Positions 39,693-45,612 of a stretch of 64,000 nucleotides of DNA are shown in pieces. The notes beneath the pieces are model-generated. The model ran no database searches, was not told the DNA's origin, and saw only the letters and a list, made by a program, of their open reading frames with translations. How positions within the stretch are numbered: position 1 is the stretch's first letter; each line of letters opens with the position of its first letter. Position numbers and translations under genes: made by a program. Where the stretch lies: sequence record NC_007623.1; one strand, 5' to 3'.

Positions 39693-40040
39693 ATGAACAT
39701 GAGAATGGTCCATTGGGCTCGATTGGTTAAAGAGTGCCTCCAACTTCAAGCCGTCAGCGATGATCGCTACCTGGGGGTCTGCTCAGGGTTGAGTTTGTTG
39801 TACCACAAGTACTTCCTGGCCAACGATCTCCCCCTCGAAGCCAACTACCCGGTGCTTACAGCCGCCTTTAAGGAACGGGTAGACCTGGGCCCACCGGCTA
39901 AGGAATCGGTTATGAGCGCTGAACACGCCCAAGAACTGGTTGAAACGGTGGAGGAGACCCTTCGTTACTACGTCAAGTTCTATGCGTGGGGTTGTAACCT
40001 GAAGGCTTCCTTCTGGGCGGAGGTAAAGGGTCAGCATTAA
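39693..40040 (+). CDS. Hypothetical protein
   Basis: 115 aa, SD GAGGGAG. Confidence 0.6.
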   Translation: MNMRMVHWARLVKECLQLQAVSDDRYLGVCSGLSLLYHKYFLANDLPLEANYPVLTAAFKERVDLGPPAKESVMSAEHAQELVETVEETLRYYVKFYAWGCNLKASFWAEVKGQH

Positions 40041-40097
40041 TCTTCCACATCCGTTCCAATCTATGTCGGGCACTCTTTTTCTAGAAGAGGTAACCCT

Positions 40098-40289
40098 ATG
40101 CCAAGTGTATCACGTAAACAAGCCAACCTTATGCGAGACGCCGCCCACAGCGCTGAGTTCGCTAAGAAGGTGGGTATCGATCACGAGGTGGCTAAGCATT
40201 GGTACGAGGAAGACAAGAAGGTGGGGTGGTTCGACCCCAGTTCCAATAAAGCGGAATCTTCGAAAAAGACCCCTTCCAAGTCCAGTTAG
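40098..40289 (+). CDS. Small basic phage protein ('MPSxSxKQxxxMxxAAH' type)
   Basis: SD GAGG; the N-terminal pattern is recalled from a widespread small phage protein family of unknown function. Confidence 0.6.
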   Translation: MPSVSRKQANLMRDAAHSAEFAKKVGIDHEVAKHWYEEDKKVGWFDPSSNKAESSKKTPSKSS

Positions 40290-40477
40290 TCGTTTCCGTA
40301 ATCTTTCCCTTGTAAGGGGTGCTCTCGTAACAGTAACCCTTAGCGGTTACTCGCAGTCGTCCGTGGCCGAGAGTATAAACAGTACAGGTCTATCTATTCC
40401 TTGTGATGGGGTGAATAGGTATGACAATGGCGAACGGACCCCTTTCGATTCAAGTGTAACACTGGAAGAAAAACACA

Positions 40478-40939
40478 ATGAATAAATACTGTGATCTTTA
40501 TGACGTGTTGGAACGGTTTGTTGGGCTGGTTAAACCTGTTGAATTTGGACTCCAACTGGGTTTTAAGGACCATCAGATTATCGGGGAGTTGAGATCTGTT
40601 GGTCTGCACTTGCCGCGTCAATCGGGTAAAACGACCCTGTTGTCCAAGTGGTGTTCGAAACACCCTGACGAAGTGTTCATCGTACACGGGTCTTCTCCAT
40701 GGTTAGAGGCTTTCAAAAGACTTTCAAACCTTCCCGAACTCCCCCCTTGGGTTTCGATCTCCAAAATACGAGACAACCAACCCTTGCTTACGGATCACTC
40801 GACCCTGAAGAAGATTAAATACGTGGTCGTCTATGGTTCGTCGGTTATTTTCTCCTACTGTGGACTCAAGCGTAAAGACTTCAACCAATGGGTGGCTGAC
40901 ACCTTTGGAACTGAAATCGTGGTGATCCATTTAGGTTAA
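40478..40939 (+). CDS. Small P-loop protein
   Basis: 'LHLPRQSGKTT' Walker A of the RQxGKT (terminase-like) type. Confidence 0.6.
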   Translation: MNKYCDLYDVLERFVGLVKPVEFGLQLGFKDHQIIGELRSVGLHLPRQSGKTTLLSKWCSKHPDEVFIVHGSSPWLEAFKRLSNLPELPPWVSISKIRDNQPLLTDHSTLKKIKYVVVYGSSVIFSYCGLKRKDFNQWVADTFGTEIVVIHLG

Positions 40940-40945
40940 GTTTAC

Positions 40946-41021
40946 TCCGTGATAGCTCAGTAGGTAGAGCAACTGTTTCGTAAACAGTAGGTCCCGGGTT
41001 CGAACCCTGGTCACGGAACCA
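40946..41021 (+). tRNA. trnT: tRNA-Thr(CGT)
   Basis: Complete cloverleaf: TCCGTGA/TCACGGA acceptor, GCTC/GAGC D-arm, ACTGT-TTCGTAA-ACAGT anticodon arm, CCGGG-TTCGAAC-CCTGG T-arm and encoded CCA. Confidence 0.95.
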
Positions 41022-41164
41022 AACATCGTTACCCCAAAGACTGGGACACACATGCTCGGCACCACCCTCCCCCAGATGCCCTGCGCCGTCCCGCTCCGCC
41101 AGCCATCCTGTTCTCTTCTCTCTTCCAGGGTGGACCGCGGCTTCTTGACAGGGGTGACGGTGTA

Positions 41165-41201
41165 CCTGTTCCCTACCTTTCTCAGAGGGGTGGGGAACAG
41201 G
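41165..41201 (+). terminator. Intrinsic terminator downstream of the tRNA
   Basis: CCTGTTCCCTACC / GGTGGGGAACAGG followed by ACCTTTTCTTT. Confidence 0.7.
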
Positions 41202-41238
41202 ACCTTTTCTTTATCCGCTATGTGCAGAGGATACCGTC

Positions 41239-41535
41239 ATGTCGTTCATTATAAAGGTCATGCGAGAGGACTGTGGGAATGGCACCTCCCGTGACTATGA
41301 AGGCATTATTGTGGGTCAGGGGGATCGGTTTGCTATCTCTTGGGATCCGCATAAAGAACAGCGGGAGCTCACGGTCGAGTTTGCTGATGGGAGAACCTTG
41401 CTCCGGGTGATTGATGGGGATCTTTACGTGGTGAATGCGGACGGTAAGACCATTTCCGGTACCCTCAAGAATAAGCCCTTGCTCCCCGGTACTTCCCACT
41501 CGAACCCCCGAGACAAACTCTCTTCTAAGCTCTAA
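41239..41535 (+). CDS. Hypothetical protein
   Basis: SD GAGGA; 'DLYVVNADGKTI' C-terminal motif. Confidence 0.6.
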   Translation: MSFIIKVMREDCGNGTSRDYEGIIVGQGDRFAISWDPHKEQRELTVEFADGRTLLRVIDGDLYVVNADGKTISGTLKNKPLLPGTSHSNPRDKLSSKL

Positions 41536-41556
41536 CCCGTAAACACCGTGTAAACA

Positions 41557-41589
41557 CCCTCCTACCTCCTTTACAGGGAGGTAGGAGGG
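41557..41589 (+). terminator. Hairpin terminator
   Basis: CCCTCCTACCTCC-TTTACAG-GGAGGTAGGAGGG. Confidence 0.75.
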
Positions 41590-41608
41590 TTTATTACGGT
41601 ATAGCGTA

Positions 41609-41625
41609 TTTTAAACCTAGATTAT
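41609..41625 (+). promoter_or_regulatory. Phage early promoter motif
   Basis: TTTTAAACCTAGATTAT, 16/17 identical to the 28602 motif and about 30 nt before ATG 41655. Confidence 0.7.
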
Positions 41626-41654
41626 TGATGCGTTAAGCCACGAGGAATAAATCA

Positions 41655-42191
41655 ATGTTTACTGAAAAACAAATGGAAGAACTTACCAGTGCTCGTAGAG
41701 AGGATGTGTGGAGTTATGACATATTTGAAATGACACTATTCCTGATGGAAACAGAGTGTGATGGTGGCGTCCCCTTCTTGAAACATATCATCATGTACAG
41801 TTTCAAGAAGATGCTCTCTGGAGAATCACTAGATCGTTATGCGATTGGACTGATGAATAAAATGATCTACGATACTGAAGGCCGTGATGCCAAGGGAATC
41901 GTAGAAAGGGTTGTGTTACAACGATTGACTGAAAGCGATATCCTGGAAGCCCACGCCTCCCTCATGATTTACATCACCAAAGCTAAGGAATTCCTGGAAG
42001 ACCTCAGTCAACGTTTCCCCGATCACTTCCAGAGTGTCAGCCGAGAAGAAACACCCAAAAAGTTCTGCTTTGCGAATAAACCGGCTCCGGAAGGGACGGT
42101 CAGGGAACTCGCCGCTAAATACGGTAAGTCGATCAGTGAAATCCGTAAACTCAAAGCAGCCGGTCGTCTTCATGAACTAGCACAGGGGTAA
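41655..42191 (+). CDS. Early protein with a C-terminal helix-turn-helix-like motif
   Basis: 'TVRELAAKYGKSISEIRKLK'. Confidence 0.6.
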   Translation: MFTEKQMEELTSARREDVWSYDIFEMTLFLMETECDGGVPFLKHIIMYSFKKMLSGESLDRYAIGLMNKMIYDTEGRDAKGIVERVVLQRLTESDILEAHASLMIYITKAKEFLEDLSQRFPDHFQSVSREETPKKFCFANKPAPEGTVRELAAKYGKSISEIRKLKAAGRLHELAQG

Positions 42192-42197
42192 TTGGTC

Positions 42198-42338
42198 ATG
42201 TTTTGGAAATTCACGTGTTACAACAAGGACACTTGGGAAGCCCCCCACCAAATGACCTTGATAGAAGCGGTCGAACTCTTTATGCGGGAAACCCAATACA
42301 GCCAGTGGGATATTCACTTCGTTGAGAATCTCCACTAA
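42198..42338 (+). CDS. Small hypothetical protein (46 aa, not in the ORF track)
   Basis: AGGGG SD; MFWKFTCYNKDTWEAPHQMTLIEAVELFMRETQYSQWDIHFVENLH fills the gap between two genes. Confidence 0.5.
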   Translation: MFWKFTCYNKDTWEAPHQMTLIEAVELFMRETQYSQWDIHFVENLH

Positions 42339-42377
42339 ACCGTTGTTAAACAATCTGTTAAACAGAAGGATAGCATT

Positions 42378-43136
42378 ATGAAACCCTTTCGAGTACCTGT
42401 TGGACGTCTCAGTAAAGATCGACTGGAATGGCTCATCCGTCATCGTAAAGAAAAGAAACGTGAATGTCCCTTTGGTGTTGCTCACTTCCCCAAAGGAACG
42501 ATCGCGGTATTCGAGTCCCCAACCCAGCGTTTTCTGAAAGAGGACGAACGTGAGTTTCCTGGTCAGCGGTACGCAACGTTCGAAGCGGAAGTGGAGGGTG
42601 TAGTCCCCAACGGACCGAACAGTTGGGTGGCTGTTCTAAAGGACCGTACGGCGATTAACATCGACTGGGCGCGCAAGATCATTAAACGGGGGGATGGTCC
42701 TCTCCGCGCCGCGGAGAATGACGTGGAGGACAGTCTGTGGAAAACCAGAGCCACCCACCCCCTGGATCCTGACACCCACCTTCCCATCAACAAACACCCC
42801 AACCACTACTACATCGACTCGATCTATCATGTTATCTACGGAAAATTGGAAGAGGTTAATAAAAATAACTTCGCCACTCATCTGATCGATGTGGATAAGT
42901 TGATTTCGCTGATGTGCGGTGATATCATTCGTCAGGCAACCTCCTGTGGTGATGGTGTTTACTGCCATTATCTCATCAGTAAGAAGAAGTTCCGCAAGAT
43001 CTTCAACCGTTGTCTGCCGCGTGCGCGCACCAGCCGGCGTAAAGAAGCTGAACGTCAGGCCAGGATCGAAGCATTCGAATACAACAGGTCGTTTGATGAC
43101 CGTTATGAAGACGATTACGACGACCCGGAGGTGTGA
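42378..43136 (+). CDS. Hypothetical protein
   Basis: 252 aa, SD AAGGA, acidic C-terminus. Confidence 0.65.
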   Translation: MKPFRVPVGRLSKDRLEWLIRHRKEKKRECPFGVAHFPKGTIAVFESPTQRFLKEDEREFPGQRYATFEAEVEGVVPNGPNSWVAVLKDRTAINIDWARKIIKRGDGPLRAAENDVEDSLWKTRATHPLDPDTHLPINKHPNHYYIDSIYHVIYGKLEEVNKNNFATHLIDVDKLISLMCGDIIRQATSCGDGVYCHYLISKKKFRKIFNRCLPRARTSRRKEAERQARIEAFEYNRSFDDRYEDDYDDPEV

Positions 43137-43370
43137 AGAAGTGTTAGAAGCCCCTTAACCTGAAGACCGCCCCACTCCGTCTTTAAAGGAATAACTCCTA
43201 CGTGAAGGAGGGGATTCACGTAAATGCCGTTAAATCACACGTGTAGTCCCCAACCCTTCTCTAAACGGATCTTCGGTAGAAGCCGAACGGTTTACTTAAT
43301 GGTCCGGTTAGCCTTTAAGCTACCGAGAGTGACAGATTAGATACCCCATCACTGTATTTTGGAGAAGGTT

Positions 43371-44354
43371 GTGAAACATAAAGAAACACCCTTTCAACGA
43401 GCCAGCAGCGGGCATGTCCTTCAGGTCGGTGACAACGGGTCTTGCCATGTGGGGGATCACGGGACCGCCATCGCTGGAAAAAATAGCGTCGCCACCGCTG
43501 CGAACAATGGACACGCTGTTTCTGGAGACTATGGGACAGCCATCGTTGAACGCTTTGGTATCGCCTCTGCCGGAAATAAAGGCATGGCTATCGCCGGAGA
43601 TTGCGGCAGTGCCACCGCTGGAGATCATGGTATCGCCACCGCGGGAAATTACAGTACGGCTACTGTCGGATACTTAGGTACTGCCACCGCCGGAAAGAAA
43701 GGGAAAGCTACCGCTGGAGATTGGGGGACTGCTATCGTTGGACTCGATGGCGTTGCGTCTGCTGGAAAGAATGGAAAGATCCACATCCAGTACTTCGACA
43801 GTGAAGCCAATCGTTACCGCACAGCAGTTGGATATATCGGTGAGGACGGTCTCGAACCTGGCGTTCCTTACCAATTGGATGAAAACCACGAGTTCGTAAA
43901 GGGAGACATTGCCATGACAAAATTCTCTACAGAGGGCCACGTGACTATACTCTTCCGAGGATTGGGTGTAGGTCTTATCAACGTCCAGGTCGTAAGGGTC
44001 ACTAAGGGTATAGGACATCCCAAACCCTTTTTCCATATTGAGGGATCTGAAGACAAGGGTTACCGTTTGCTTCATAACGGGAGTGAATGGATTGATCAGG
44101 TCTTTGAGGCTAAGAAAGCTGTACTCTTCATTGAGTCCCTCTACCCCCCTGTGACACCCGATAAAGAGACCGTGAAACTTACAGTGCCCGAGGATCAGCA
44201 AATCCTGGTTAAAGTACGTCGAGTGAATAAGCTGGCCTTGGATGCTGTTGTGTTCCACATTGACACCCTGGGTGGTGCGTATCAGGTATCCTATACCGAG
44301 CAACTGACCCCCGATCTCAATCAGTTGACTCATGTTGAGTTAGTGGTCATTTAA
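43371..44354 (+). CDS. Gly/Ala/Thr 8-residue repeat protein fused in frame to a second domain (internal start at 43914)
   Basis: About 10 repeats of the (T/S)AxAG(D/N)xG type, then 'YIGEDGLEPGVPYQLDENHEFV'; a second SD-ATG at 43914. Confidence 0.6.
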   Translation: MKHKETPFQRASSGHVLQVGDNGSCHVGDHGTAIAGKNSVATAANNGHAVSGDYGTAIVERFGIASAGNKGMAIAGDCGSATAGDHGIATAGNYSTATVGYLGTATAGKKGKATAGDWGTAIVGLDGVASAGKNGKIHIQYFDSEANRYRTAVGYIGEDGLEPGVPYQLDENHEFVKGDIAMTKFSTEGHVTILFRGLGVGLINVQVVRVTKGIGHPKPFFHIEGSEDKGYRLLHNGSEWIDQVFEAKKAVLFIESLYPPVTPDKETVKLTVPEDQQILVKVRRVNKLALDAVVFHIDTLGGAYQVSYTEQLTPDLNQLTHVELVVI

Positions 44355-44365
44355 GGACGTCAATC

Positions 44366-44611
44366 ATGGCTAAAAAGAACCTTAAGGTGTTCAAGACCCA
44401 CGGGGAATTCGATACGGAGGTGATTCGTCGTGCTCGACTTATCCTCGACGCCAGGGGTTACCGGGGGAAGATATGTGTGAACGCACTCGGTGAAAGTTCT
44501 GCGTGGAATAAAGCAGATCGCAATGAGGACGGTCATCGTCTGATCGACGACGACACTATCGCCGAAGTGGCTCGCTCGATGGTTTACGACACTCTCGATT
44601 ACGGAGAGTAA
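44366..44611 (+). CDS. Hypothetical protein
   Basis: 81 aa, SD AAGGA. Confidence 0.6.
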   Translation: MAKKNLKVFKTHGEFDTEVIRRARLILDARGYRGKICVNALGESSAWNKADRNEDGHRLIDDDTIAEVARSMVYDTLDYGE

Positions 44612-44617
44612 GTTTTA

Positions 44618-44972
44618 ACACGTTGACCGTATTATATACGGACAACATGTCGTTTTAATCCGCGTCTGCGGGTCCCGCCTGAACTTAAGGGTGATAAGGT
44701 GTGGTACTCGTCGAGTATGAGCTTGGCAAAACTCATACTCCGAACCCTATGGACGGTATAGCCGCTATCGTCAAGTCACACTGTTGAGCTATTGACCTGG
44801 ACTTCAGTCTCCTTTTCGGTGCTGTCGGCGGGAAGGTTCTCGGACGGTGAGGCGGCTTGTGAAGGTGCTAAACTAGCGCTGGTTGAACACCTAGCAAGTT
44901 AAGGGGAGGAGGGACAGCCATCGGCTCTAAGCAGATGGGTTCCTCCTCCCCTCGCTCCTTTTATTTTTTTTG
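44618..44972 (+). ncRNA. Candidate structured non-coding RNA ending in an intrinsic terminator
   Basis: No ORF of 60 aa or more; six or more helices seen by eye; long GC terminator stem (44903-44951) and U-tract. Confidence 0.5.
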
Positions 44973-45063
44973 TCTTAATACCGTGTTACTCGACCGGTTT
45001 CTAAAGGATACAGACTGTACGAATATTATGTCTTATCCCCCGACTTACCAAGAGGTTAAAGCG

Positions 45064-45540
45064 ATGTCGAAAAACAACGATCAGAAGAACCCCTCCACTC
45101 CTGAGGACGAGAAGGCTAAAGCGGTAACCACCCCTCCGGTGACTCCTCCCGCTCAGCCAGCTCCCGCTACCCCTCAAACGTCTCCCAAAGCCTCGAAAGA
45201 CGAGAGTGAAGAGGATAACCAGGACTTCGACAACATTCTGATCAATGTACTGTCGCTCTATGACAATGGGGAATTCAATAAAGAACTCCTTATTGAGATG
45301 GTGGAAGAAGTCCGTAAGGTTACCCGTCCGGGTCTTATCCCCGAAGAATACTACATCGATGTCGCCGTACAGCGTTATGTGGAATTCGCCAAACGCAAGA
45401 AGATCGACCTGAAAAACCTGTCGATCCTGGTGGGTAATCCTGAAACCTCGGTAGAACTGCGCTCGCTGAACTTCTACCGTGCAATGGAAGGCCTGGGTCC
45501 GACCTTCTTCATGCCGTACATCATTGAGAGTAAAGAGTAA
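45064..45540 (+). CDS. Hypothetical protein with a Pro/Thr-rich N-terminus
   Basis: SD GAGG before ATG 45064 (alternative start 45028); the track start at 44935 lies inside the terminator. Confidence 0.6.
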   Translation: MSKNNDQKNPSTPEDEKAKAVTTPPVTPPAQPAPATPQTSPKASKDESEEDNQDFDNILINVLSLYDNGEFNKELLIEMVEEVRKVTRPGLIPEEYYIDVAVQRYVEFAKRKKIDLKNLSILVGNPETSVELRSLNFYRAMEGLGPTFFMPYIIESKE

Positions 45541-45551
45541 CACTGAATAAA

Positions 45552-45593
45552 CCCCTAACCCCTAGCCCCTTTAACAGGGCTAGGGGTTAGGGG
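45552..45593. terminator. Bidirectional hairpin between convergent genes
   Basis: CCCCTAACCCCTAGCCC-CTTTAACA-GGGCTAGGGGTTAGGGG. Confidence 0.8.
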
Positions 45594-45612
45594 GTATAAC
45601 ATTTATTTTTGA

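Noticed and set aside
41022-41140. HDV-like (theta) ribozyme after the tRNA
   Set aside because: GGGAC/GTCCC and GGCA/TGCC pairings exist, but the P1-P2-P3-P1.1 order could not be built by eye.
41052-41294. 80-aa ORF after the tRNA
   Set aside because: Runs through an intrinsic terminator and has no SD.
44618-44972. Idea that this RNA is a tmRNA partner of the SspB-like gene
   Set aside because: No GGGG 5' acceptor, no canonical T-loop or CCA end and no ..AA-stop tag frame were found.
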